A model generated the notes under the pieces. That model did not search any database and was not told where the DNA came from. It saw only the letters and a list, made by a program, of their open reading frames with translations. Made by a program: the position numbers and the translations under genes. Of a DNA stretch of 64,000 nt, positions 50,493-63,167 are shown in pieces (within the stretch, counting starts at the first letter, position 1; each line of letters begins with the position of its first letter). This DNA is from Eledone cirrhosa (lineage: Eukaryota): the NCBI GenBank assembly GCA_964016885.1, contig OZ024740.1:387376001-387440000 (forward strand). The letters run 5' to 3'.

Positions 50493-53400
50493 ATGTTTAC
50501 TGTTTGATTATATCCTGCAAGTTAGCTGTTAAAAAAAAGATCGATAAAATAAATACCAGAGTTGGAAAAATGGAGTCAATATGATTGATTTCATCCTTTT
50601 ATGGAGGTATTCCAGCATGGCCACTGTCTAATGACTAAAACCAGTAAAAAAAAAGTATCTTTCTTCACTGCTATTTATTTACAGTTCTTTAACCCTTTAG
50701 CATCTAAACCGGCCGTATCCAACCAGAATTCTCTCACCTCTTTCTGTTCAAACTGGCCACTCATACTGATGTTAAGGTATTGTTCTCAAAATAAATAATA
50801 TCAATATCTCATAGATTTGATATTATGTGAGATAATTATGTAAGATAAAACCTTTACTTCAAAAATACCATAGTATATATAATGTAAATGCTGGGTTAAT
50901 AGCACACAATTTATAAGCAATTAAAGACCTTTAACATTTATAATGTGTAACATCTGTCTAACAAATTGAAAATTTGTAATGAACAACATTTTACCATACA
51001 AACAAGGGTTGAATAGATAAGTACATATTCATTGACACACTTTTACTTGTCTTTATTCTATGAATAGTAGTATATCAGTTTTCATACATTGTATGGTGCA
51101 GAAATGGCTATGTGGTTAACAAGTTCACTTTGCAACCACATCGTCTTGGGTTTTATTTCACTGCATAGTTCATTGAGAAAATGTCTTTTATTGTAGTTTT
51201 GAATTGTATTGTGTGTGTGAGCACACGCAAACATACATCAGAGTGTGTTTGCTTGTCTCTTCTTTGGTTTTTCAGGCAGTGATATTTATTATATTTACAT
51301 TCAGAGATCCCACTGCTCGGCAGTTTAACATGTGATGATCTGCACCTTACTTTAAAAACAAAAATAAGATTGGTATCTGGAAAGACATCTGACTATAGAA
51401 TTCTGCCTAAAAAAGTCTCATCCAACCCATGTTAACATAAAAAAATGGACATAAAACTGACAATTACAAATAATGTACACTAGCTGTTTTGTCATCAACT
51501 TACAATGACCTGCATCACCTTGTGAAATTGAAACTTTGTGAATTATTTAAGGAATTATGATTTATTCAACAAATATTTTATGGAGTAATTGTACACATGT
51601 ACAAATGTATACATCACACTTAAAAATATTGCACCTGTGTTATCTAAAGTGAATGTCAACAAACCTGGAGTACAATGGAAGGACCTATCACTGTAAGAAT
51701 TGCCTCACTGATCATAATTACCTTGCATACATGTGCGTGTTGGACCTCCATTGGTTCTGACTAGTATTCCAGTTGTTTGAACAATAGAACAGCCTGTTCA
51801 TAAAATTAACAAATAGCTTTGCATTCCACAGATATGTGCACCCTTAATGTAGTTCTCAGAGAGTGTCATGGTTGGCCTTTTGAATTACAAGTACAACTAG
51901 CTGAGTGGACTGAAGTAACATAAAATAATATATCTTGCTCAAGGACATAATGCCCTGCTGGGAATCTAACTCACAATCTTATGATTTTGAGCTGATCATC
52001 CTCACCACTAAGTCACATACCTTCATCTCTAGTATCAAATAAATACCAGACATGCCATTCCCTTTCACACACACACTTTCTCTTATCTTGCTACAACAGC
52101 TTCTTTCCCTCTGATGTAAATAATTGCATATCCATTCCATCCAACATTTTTTCTTCTCATCATCCTTCACTGAGTCCCACCTCCCATAAATGACACATTT
52201 CTTCCTGTCCTTTCTCACTAGAGCTACAACCTGATGGAATTCCTTGCTTCCTTGTCCACATTTTATTCTAAAGATATTAACTGAGAAATAGTAAAAATGA
52301 ACTTAAACTACATAAATCCCAGAAGTCTGGAAGGACCTGCCTATCCTCTACATGAAATTGCAATCACAAAGAAATTGTTATAATGTATGAATTAACATAT
52401 GATTGTATCACATTAAAAATTCATGTCTTTAATGCTGTAAATTTTCACAACAATCTGTCCACTAGTAAATATACTGTAAACATTTTAATTAGCAAACCTG
52501 TTTTTAGACATTTTCTAAATCAATACAGGATGTTAAAAATAGACATAAGTATGGTTGACTTACATTGAATTTAAAGTAAAATTAAGTTCAAGTGAATTGT
52601 TTACCCATTTTGATACCAACCCACATGTCTCTTGTTCTACGATAGAGAAATGTCCATTTTAAAGTGCTGAAATTTAAATGAAATCTTTCTACCATAATTT
52701 TATGTAAAAGCCTTCTAAGTTATGGACCAGGCACTAGATTAATAATAAAAAAAGTTACTTATTTCACTAAATCTTTCTAAATTCTTTATTATTTTCAAAA
52801 TTAATAATTCTACAAGATTATTACAGAATAGTAAGACTTAAACCCTTTAGCATTTAAACCGGCCATATCATCAGAATTCTCTCACCTCTTTCTATTCAAG
52901 CTGGTAGTAACAGGCTGCTCATACTGATATTAAGGTATTGTTCTCAAAATAAATAATATCAAAATCTCTGATTCAATTTTATGTGAGGTCCTTTACCACA
53001 AAAATATAGTAGTATGTAAATGCTAAAGGGTTAATACACACAACTTGCTTGTTGAATATATCTGTATTCCCTTTTCCACATCCATTTTTTTAATGTTCAA
53101 CTGAGGGAATTTTTGCAACTCAAGACACTAACATATAAAACATTATAAACGTAATAGTTATTGAAATCTGTTGTTTTGCCTTGCTCATGCAATTTCATGA
53201 AGTATGGGATTTTAAAAGGTAAGTTTGCTTTTGCATTAAGATTCAAGCCTTTTAATACCAAACCACTTGAAACTGCTCCTCGTTCTGTGTTACTAAGCTG
53301 TTTATTTTTGTTGTTTATATTCATATTTATTTAAAAGTCTTACATCATAATTTTATGTAAGAATCTTTGTTAAGTTATGTTCCAAACATCAGATAAATAA

Positions 53401-54159
53401 TGAGAAAGATATATTCTTGATTACTTTCAAAATGATTTGAAAAGCACATTAGAAATATGGCAATGAAAGGGTTAACCATGTCTAGAGAGTATATCTAAAC
53501 AATATTCACTGAGGAAGAAATGGGACCACTATATTTAAAGAGATTTTAGGTTAATCTACAAGTAACAATTCTGAAAGCCCCCTCTCCTACTCTTGACATG
53601 AAACTAGCATTGTGTTGAATAGATCTTACTGAATTAGAATCAAGATTACAACTGAAGTAGATGGATAGATAGATAATCTTATTTGACTGTCACTATAATA
53701 TAATTCATGTGCTGAAAGAGAATTAGACAATGAAAAACTACAATGTTTTATTATATGACGTGTTCCCAAACATTCTTTTAGAAAATATATGTAAAATATA
53801 ACTTAAATACTGAAAAGTAACACAAAATATAAAATAAAATTAAATTTAAAAAAAAGCTAAGTTTAAGAAAAAATAAAAATAAAATAAATTTAAAAAATAA
53901 AAATTAAAAATATAAAACTAAAATATTAAAATTAGTTACAAAATAAAATAAAAAAAGATAAAAAAATATATTTGAAAAAGTTAGGAATTAGAATAAAACA
54001 AATAAAAAAAAGCAGGGTAGCCCTATTTTTTTAATTTTTAGGTCCAATTTTCAAAACTGCCTGAAACCACTCCTGGTTTTATGATACAAAACTGTTTACT
54101 TTAAAGTTATTATTATTATTACTTTCAAAGTAAAGGGTGTCATGAATGATACAAAATCA

Positions 54160-54528
54160 AGTGGTTAGAGCATTGGCCTTGCAATCGAAAGGTTGTGAGT
54201 TCAATTCTCAGACTGGGTGATGTGTTGTTTCCTTGAGCAAGACACTTTATTTCACATTGCTCTAGTTTACTCAGCTGTAGAAATGAGATGATAGGGACAC
54301 CAGTCCCTATCATTCCACTGCAAAGTGGTTGTGGAGGTGCCACGGCAAAAAAGCATCCAGCCCACACTGTAAAGTGGACGTGTAGGCACCACGGCAAAAA
54401 AGCACCCAGCACTCACTGTAAACGAGGTTGGTGTTAGGAAGGGCATCCAGCTGTAGAAATCAAGCCAGAATTAGTTCCCGTCCCACCCTTGCAAGCAGGG
54501 AAAAACGGACGTAAAATGATGATGATGG

Positions 54529-54566
<38 letters not shown>
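54160..54566 (+). mobile_element. Family B SINE with a long (GAT)n tail
   Basis: Near-identical to the reverse complement of 22450-22780; ~50-nt GAT tail. Confidence 0.87.
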
Positions 54567-54645
54567 TCTTGTCTCTAAAAACAGCTCAAGATAGAATTCA
54601 GAGAATAAAATCGAGCCTTAATCATTATAAGAAAGTGATTGAAAT

Positions 54646-54820
54646 ATATTCATACACAGTTAAGTGTTCACTAAGACATATCAAAACATAGAACTAGAGA
54701 CAATCTACACAAAAATTTAATAAGATACTCAACGAATTATGTAGTCTTACTTCCAGTGTAGATTGTCTCTAGTTCTATGTTTTGATATGTCTTAGTGTAC
54801 ACTTAACTGTGTATGAATAT
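54646..54820. repeat. Near-perfect inverted repeat, 65-bp arms, 45-nt spacer
   Basis: 54646-54710 is the reverse complement of 54756-54820 with one mismatch. Confidence 0.95.
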
Positions 54821-55939
54821 ACTTTAAAGTTATATATTTATCTAAAAAATAATCCATCATAATTTCATATAAGATTTTTTAAAAAGTTATGTCTCCTTTC
54901 CATGTTGGCATGGGTTGGAGTAACTTCATCTTCCATATTTGATATGGTTTTTACAGTTGGATGCTCTTCTTAATACCTACCACCTTACAGAGTGTGCTGG
55001 GTGTTTTTCATTTTTATTTCGCTAAAACTTTACAAAGTGCATGGGTACATTTTATAGTGGTACTATCACCTTACAGAGAGTCCTGAGTGCATTCATTAAA
55101 GAAGTTGACACTTGCTTGACCGGACTGGGAGGATAGCAAGAGAGATGTGCTGAAAGTCATTCCAACTCATGAGGCTCATATCATTATTCCATAAAGGGGA
55201 CATATAATGATGAAGAGGAGGAACCCTTTAAAATGGGTGGTTTTGTTTCATAGAACTAGAGGTAGTTTTGGCTGGGCTGTATCAAAATGGTTAAACTTAG
55301 GAATAATAGTTGATAATTTCATTAATACTCCCTTCTTAAGAAGCTTAGATATAATCAAAGATATAACTAACCTTTCTATTTTCCATGGTTCTTGTTCAAA
55401 TCTAAACAATCATATTTTACAACATTTAGCACATCAAATCTAATGTTTCAAATGCTAAGCATACATTTGTTGGTTAAATTGATGAATGGACATTTTACTA
55501 TAATAAAGCATGTTATGTGAAAAGTATCTAATCTAACAAAGGCACACAATATTACAACTACCAAACCTATACACAGTATAATGTATGTATTAATCTATAT
55601 AAGTATATTTATTCAACCATAAATACACATATTAGTATACAAGTTAATGAAGGGTCCTTCACCATACATGTTAAAATAGCAACCAAATCTCCCTCAATTC
55701 ACATTTAGAAAATAGTTGCAGGTTGTATTTTAACTAAAACAAAATCAAAGAAAAACATTTATTGTTCTTATACTACAAGAAAATATATTTAGTTAATAAT
55801 TAAAACTAACAAAACAAAAAAAGAAAGGAAAACATTATTTGCTGGGAGTGTTGTTTAAATAAAAATCACTTTCACCATTTGAATACTAGCTTCTTTTAGA
55901 GGTAAAAAGGTTTAATATTTTTAGAAGACAGAAACTTAC

Positions 55940-56028
55940 ATCAGTGATGTAAGTAAAATAGTTCTATGGAGTGGGGTATACAAAACTTGATCATGGATTA
56001 ATTGTTTGACACTGTAGTAGTGTACATT
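55940..56028 (-). other. Candidate upstream (alternative or 5') exon of SOAT1
   Basis: ttgtcag acceptor and gtaagt donor. 89 nt, open in phase 0 to 2 (NVHYYSVKQLIHDQVLYTPLHRTILLTSL), which is compatible with the exon at 46620. No recognisable SOAT1 homology. Confidence 0.3.
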
Positions 56029-57302
56029 CTGACAATATATTAAAAAATACAAAAAGTTGATATAAACAATCCATTCCCGTTTGTGGTAAGAAGATATATA
56101 TATATATATCACCTATTTGAAAAACAAAAGATAATTTATAAAAGAGATTGACACACTGTATTATCATCAGGACTGAAATCCTAAGCCGTAGGCATTATTT
56201 CAGTAATCTTATTTACTTATTCACTTATTTCTTCAGTGGTATCAGTAATTGATAGTGTTTAGGTGAGTCAGAGAAAAAGGTATAGGTATATGTATATAGA
56301 AAATGTGCATGTGAGATTACCTTCCCACCAAGCAATAATCATGCAGAGTAGAGAAAGTCAAGAGATCAGCAAAACAGATAAAAAAGTTAAGACCTAACAC
56401 AAAGGGTTGGCTGTGAGTAGTTTAAAATGTAGGGATAAAAGTGGCACCTGGTGTTGTTACAATATTTACAAAATAGAAATTGTGTAATAATAATAATATG
56501 GAAGAGGAGGAAAGGTGCTAATAGCGTGCTTAAGCACAACAAAAAACAATATGAATTTAAATCAATGAAAGAAATATTTATTTAGATGTGCTAGAGTTAG
56601 AAACAAAAAAAAATATAAGTAGTTAAAAAAAACTACGTAAATTATGACCCAACTAAAATCGCTTATTAAAAAATATTTCTCCATGTAATTTAAAAGACAT
56701 GGGTACAAAAAAGAAATTTCTTTAATTATAAATCCAATCGCTAAAACAAGTTAATTAAAACATAATACAATTTGTTATATCTACATATATGATAATTTTA
56801 TTTTACACAAACTTACTAGCAGGGAAAATAGATGTTAAATGATGATGATGCTGACTAACAGAGCCTCAGATTTATAAGCAAGTGAAAAACTATGATAATG
56901 GTATAAGAAACAACCTCCAAGTATATAAGGAGGTAATGCACTGTTGAGAAAATATCCATCTACATAAATATTACTCCTACACTAAATGGAATCAAAAAGT
57001 ATAAAGCCTTATAAAATACCAGATAGTCCTTCACACAAATCAGCATTCTCACATATCGTATAATATGACAGTTCATCTGAGTGATTGTATGACATACGAC
57101 AGAGCATTAATGTATTGAGATGGCTATATGTACTTCACATATGTTTTTGTTGATTAGACCTGGGTCTGTGTTGATCCAATTGTATACTCCTCTCTTTGAC
57201 TAAGCAGTAAGAAAAAAAAGGTGATCTTACAGCTTTGTGGGTGCTTTGAAAAAGGCAAAGGCTTATACCACAACCAAAAAATCTAGAATAGAAGCTCTAA
57301 AG

Positions 57303-58439
57303 CAGTGTTTCTCAACCTTTTTGACCCCCGGGCCCACTTATTTTACAAGCGTAAAAACTATTCTGGACTATAACCCTCACATGATATATATACTAGTGCT
57401 TCTCAATCTTTTTGTTCTCCCGGCCCACTTTACTCCCTAGAAATTGCCAAGGTCAATGCTCAAAGAGCATTCTGGAACACTTACCCCCATATGATCCCGA
57501 CTGCATTTAAATTTCACGAATGAAGAACACGAATTCTTGATAAAAAATCAATAAAAAATAAGAAAAAATTTAATGGTCATTTTAACAATGCTCAAATGCT
57601 CAGTGCTAGTGGCTGCACTGCTCCTGATGTCTTTCAACAAGACTGTCGATTTGGACTTCAAAGGATTGGTTCAACTTGAGCCGCAAATCTCCCCGGTTTA
57701 TGGTTTGAAGAAGGTTTCTTTTTCTCAAAAAAAAATATCATTTAGTGTGGAAAAACCAGATTCAACAAGCCACATTGTAGGAAAATAGAGAATAAAAGGA
57801 AAGGTTTAATCATAAAGGTTTGGAAATATGTTTTCCACATTAAGCCAGCCGAGAAGGCCATCACATTCCATTTTCCCCATCAATAGCGCATTCTCTTTGA
57901 GTTCCAGCAAGTCGACTGCAATATTAGGATCCAGTTTCGTCGCTAATAACATCAAAGTTTTGAATGTCCAACAGCCACTGTTAGGGTTATTTTTTAGGGT
58001 TAGGGTTAGGTTAGGGTTAGGGTTGAATTAACCCTAACCCTAAAAATTAACCCTAACCGTAAATATATTACATTTGTTTTAGTCACTTTACGGATATAAA
58101 CAACAGGAGTAACTTTCGTTGGGGTTCACCGAGCGACATTAATTCAGTAACCCAAGACGAAATGTAAAAACTTCAACTCAATTTCATTTCTATTGCACCC
58201 ACATTTATAGCGTTTGAGATTTCAGGAACAGACATGCCTTGAGTACGCACAGGTGTGCATGAATGTGCAAGAACGCAGACATATGTAGGTGTCTGCGTTA
58301 TTGCACCCCAAATAATGCAGGTCAAGTTAAGTCATGTGATTTTATCACAGAACATTCAGACTTCAAAAAAGTTTGTCATTTTGTGTGATCTTCCAAGAAA
58401 GTCTGAAAAAATTTCCAGGCCCACCGTTGAGAACCACTG
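57303..58439 (-). mobile_element. Non-autonomous hAT (Charlie/Buster-type) DNA transposon with a transposase C-terminal remnant
   Basis: TIRs CAGTGTTTCTCAAC / GTTGAGAACCACTG. Perfect 8-bp TSD CTCTAAAG (57295-57302, 58440-58447). The minus strand at ~57945-57606 reads LLELKEN...FPNLYD*..FPTMWLVESGFSTLNDI/KRNLLQTINRGDLRLKL...RHQEQCSH*, the hAT dimerisation domain, with a stop and a frameshift. Confidence 0.92.
57980..58058. repeat. Inverted (TTAGGG)n/(CCCTAA)n interstitial telomeric-type repeat
   Basis: gttagggtta-t6-agggttagggttaggttagggttagggtt-gaatt-aaccctaaccctaaaaattaaccctaac. Confidence 0.9.
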
Positions 58440-59949
58440 CTCTAAAGCTTTTAGAGTGACTATTTAGCTGCCTTTTAGTAGTTGTAGATAAACTACTTCC
58501 ACATGTCATGCTCTGTCTGCATCCTCTGGATTACTCAAGTAAGACCAAAAATATTTAGACAGTGTTATCACATATAATGCCATATCTGGAAAGTCAGTCA
58601 AATGCAGCAATACTGTCACAACTGACAGAAACCTATTATTATTCACTCTGAGTGAATATATATTCAAAAACATTCATCAAAACAGAACACAAATTTATAT
58701 ACATTTCTAAACCTTTTCCAAAAGTTTCATTCTTCTGATCATAACATGGAAATTTTAATGTATCCCTTTAAAAAATAATCTATATCTTGTACTGGTTTTG
58801 TAAGGGATGGTGTTAGGTTCAGATAACTGATATATTAGTATTACTATTATTTTATCAGTCCTTAGGGCAATGGATTGGTAGTATCAGTAGGATATTGGAC
58901 ATGGTTTGTTGTATAGAGTTACATTCTGAGTTCAAATCCCGCTGAAGTTAGCTTTGCCTTTCATTCTTACAGGGTCAATAAAATTAAGTACCAGTAATGC
59001 ACTGGGGTCTATTTAATTGACTTTCCCCTCCCCACAAAACCTTTGGCCTTGTGCCTAAATCAGAAACCATTATTTCATCAGTCCTTCTTTGAGATATTTG
59101 TTCCTATTCTTTACACTCTAAGTTTAAACCCTGCAGAGATTAACTTTGCCTTTCATTCCCCCTGGGTCAATAAAATAAAGTATCAGTCAAATACTGGAGT
59201 CAATATAATTGACTTTCCCTTTTTCATGAAATTGCAGGCCTTGTGCCTAAATTAGAAACTTATTTTATCAGTTCTTATTCAGATAATTTCATCTCAGAAA
59301 ACATTGAGTCTTTGTGTTGTTGACATTAGAAACACAAACTCACAGACTCAGCTATCCAGGAGGCGACTGCTACTCTAAATTCTGTAATTAAATTATTATT
59401 TTAGGCTAACTTTGAGAGATATTTCTAACTCGGCTATCATTAGTGCATTAACTATCTATCAATTGCTTCTTGACTTTTCAGCTTGAAATGGGTTAAACTA
59501 TAATTGCTTTGCACCTAGTTAATATTTAGTCTTGTTTAGCTAATCTTTGTCAGTTACAGGTCAGTTCTAGTAACCTCATTTTAGGCAAATTTGTAATAAC
59601 AAAACAACAGACCAAAAGTATATAAAGTCAATGTATTTTGCTGTGAAGAAAAGGAAGAGATTTCAACGTTTCAAGCAAGAAACTAGAGGAGGAGTGAGAG
59701 AGAATTAAGAAAGAGATATAGAAGAACTGACCCCAGTACTGAATTGATACTTTTGTATGGACCTAAAAAGGATGAAAGGCAAAGTTGACCTCAGCAGGAT
59801 TTGAATTCAGTACAGAGAGAGCCAAACTAAATACCACAAAGCATTCTCTGCCAATTTGCCACTTTCTTTGTCAATATAGGAAAGAAGAAAAAATACTAAA
59901 AAGTTAAAGGAAAAAAAGTTTTACTTATATAAACATGGTTGGCAATGGC

Positions 59950-60600
59950 AAAATGAAAGTGGGCTGGACTATATGTTTTTTTACAGAGGAGATTGTATTG
60001 ACCAGTGAATGACTGTTAGTTCTGCACAAAAGCAGGGAGTTATTGTTTTACGTGTTTTTTTTCCATCCGAGCATAGTATGGATGAAGATGGAGCTTATTC
60101 TAGCTTCTCCTTTGCCAGAAACCCCATACCTTTCCCCTCTTCCATTCCACTATTGTCAACCATGTTTATTCAATAACACATGTAAAACTTTTCCTTAACA
60201 TTTTTTAATCCTCTTTTTCTTCTCTAACTTGATAAAGAACTTCTTGCTTGAATATCAACTACTCCTTCTTTTCCTCAGTGTAATCTGACTTTGAATACAT
60301 TTGTCTTGCTGCAATTTTTAAAATCATAACTTTGCCCTATCTCATTTACTATCACCAACACAGACGACCAATAACTAGGTTCCATAGATTCTGAATTGCC
60401 TATCTTTATTATATATTTGCTATATATATTTTCAATAACTACAAAATTTATTCACTCTGTTCCTAGTATCCTTTCCCATTACAGGTCTACACTGTCTCAG
60501 TTTTCTACTAACCTAAAAGATAGTTTTGAGATCTATTTTTCATTAATTACTTCCTTAAATTATCCTATGCAATCCTCCACCTATCTCTCTCACATATATA
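59950..60600 (-). mobile_element. Highly decayed L1/Tx1-like LINE remnant
   Basis: Broken frames read VVCVGDS (APE-like VGDFN) and SKKFFIKLEKKKR (Tx1-like SKYFFNLEK.R). Confidence 0.35.
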
Positions 60601-63132
60601 TATTGCTGAACTTGATTATATATATATCATTATCATCATTGTTTTTAGGTTGACTTTTCCATGGTGGTATGGGGTTACAGCTGGATGCCTTTTCTGATTA
60701 CTGAGACCAACCTTTTTAGCTGCTTCTTATGACATGCAAAAATATGGTGTACCTGTCTAAACCAGATGCATGCCCCCTCCTCCTATATATATATATCATC
60801 ATTCTATATCCATTTTCCATGATGGCATAGGTTGCACAGGTTGTCATGTTCCAAGACTAGATAGGACACATGACCATAACTTGCACATAACTTCCATGTT
60901 GGCATGTTTCTGCAGCTGGACGCTCTTCCTAATGCCAACCACTTTACAGCATGTATCAAGTGCATTTTATCGTGACATCAGCACTATCACATTACAGAAT
61001 GTTGGGTGCACTTTATTGTGGCACAAACACTAGGACAATTGTTCTGTCTTCATACAGGCAGAGAGAGAGGTAGTAATGAGTGAGAGATGAGAGTACGGAG
61101 AAAGAGGTACTGTAGCAATGGGAGCGAGAGAGTTTTATATAATGTCTTATAAATCCTTTCATTTTTTTTTCTTATAGGCATGCACACTTTACCATGTACT
61201 TAGTTTTGCAAGCTTATGTGAAAGATTTTTGAAAAACTGGATATCTGCTGAAGACTTGCCATAACAAATGTTTAGCACTACGTTATGAAATAAGAAACAA
61301 TGTACTTTTGAGATGAACAGCCTGACATAAATAGAGGACTGTATCTTCCATTGGAAAGCAAGATAAGACAAAGTTTCAGAGGTTAGTGCTGTGGCACGAT
61401 AAACTTACAGCCATTACTGGCAGTATCGGTAGAGCATCAAACACCCTGCGTTACAGCATAGAGTTACGACCCTTTATATTCTGAGTTCAAATCCCACTGA
61501 GGTCAACTTTGCCTTTCATCCTTACAAGTTTGATAAAATAAAGCACCAGTAATGCACTGGGGTCGACCTAATCGACTTTCCCCTTCCCTTCAAATTGTTG
61601 GCCTAAAGTAGAAACAATTATTTTATTATGCTATTCTCATTTTATTCTAAATATTGCAAACCCTTTGCATTTACAAATCAAGTATTGCTGCTACAACCCC
61701 ATTTTAATATTCAACAAATTTATGGAATGTTAAACCAGCCTTGACCACACTTACTTTTGCCCATTTTCCTACAGCAGGACTACACCCCATTAAAAATCCT
61801 TGCCTATGTATTTTATTTGTTTTTTCAACACTATTTGCAACCATAATAATCTTACATTTGTTTTCTATATATTAATATGGTTTGGATTTTTTTCTACTAT
61901 TTAGTCAGGGAGTGAGGGGACATTGCCCATATCTCATTTCATGGAATCTGATTAAGTGTTTACTTGGTCTGTGACAACCCAGCCAACCTATGCTAGCATG
62001 GAAAAGTGAAAGTTAAATAATGATGATGATAAATATATATGTGTGTGTACTACAGCTAAAATAAATATTCTGAAACCAATATTAAGTAGTATTTACCAGA
62101 GATTTCATAAATATTGACTTAAATTCCAATCTAAATAAAAACAAAATTGATTGCTACTAAAATACAGAATAGGCCACCGGAGATTCCCATTGGACATTTT
62201 TATAGAAAAATATGACTGTGAAGCAAAGGTCATGTTAGTATCTGGGTGAGCTTCAGTAGATTTAAGTAAATGTTTAATTTTCTTTTTAAATCCCGGATGA
62301 GTACTCTTTTGGAATATTTTCACTGGAAAGTGTATTTTCGGCTTATTTACTATACAGTTTTTGTTGTGAGATTAAAAATTAAAATATGTTTATTTATCAA
62401 CAAAATTTCTATCTCTAACATGTAAACTTGTAGGAATTAAATTGCTTAAATTCCAAATTTCAAAATAGATTTATCATGGAATCTTTGATCTTCCTATATT
62501 TCCAGTTTCTGTTTAAACTCTGAAATTTAATTCCAGTTCATAAAATTTAATCTACTGGCACTGCCCTTTACCCTACTGACTAAACAGTAAAAATATCTGT
62601 TTGTAAAAACACAAACTAACTCACCCCTCATACACATATGGCATGAATGTGGGGTTAAACATTTTTTTTTGTTTTCTCAGCCACATGCTCAAACTATTCA
62701 ATTCAACCATGACATAAGAATAGAAGAACCTGTTTTTCAGTTGTTGTCAGCCAAACTGGAACAAACAGGGTTTCAGTGATTTGCTCAGAACATAAATAAC
62801 AGAAATAAAATCAAAACTTATAACAATGTATGGTATAGTCTAGTGTTGTAACCTCACAGCCATGGTGCCTCTACAATGGATCCACCTAGGACAAATTAAT
62901 AACAAAAAACAAAACATTAAAATAAATAATGATGATGATGATAAGAAGAAGAAAGATTGAATATTATTTGACCAAAGAAATATATCCAAAGTGTTCATTA
63001 AAGCAAAAAGGCGAGAAGAGATTATTGGAAACTTGAGAAATCCGTCAAGTCTTAGAATTTAGATATTTATTTCTAATAGATGTGCCAGGTCACAGTTTAT
63101 TTAGGGTATTAAATATATGTGCAAGATTTGTG

Positions 63133-63167
<35 letters not shown>

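Noticed and set aside
62105-62323. 72-aa minus-strand ORF containing MSNGNLR as a possible SOAT1 N-terminus
   Set aside because: No convincing donor site, and GFKKKIKHLL could equally be a decayed LINE C-terminus.
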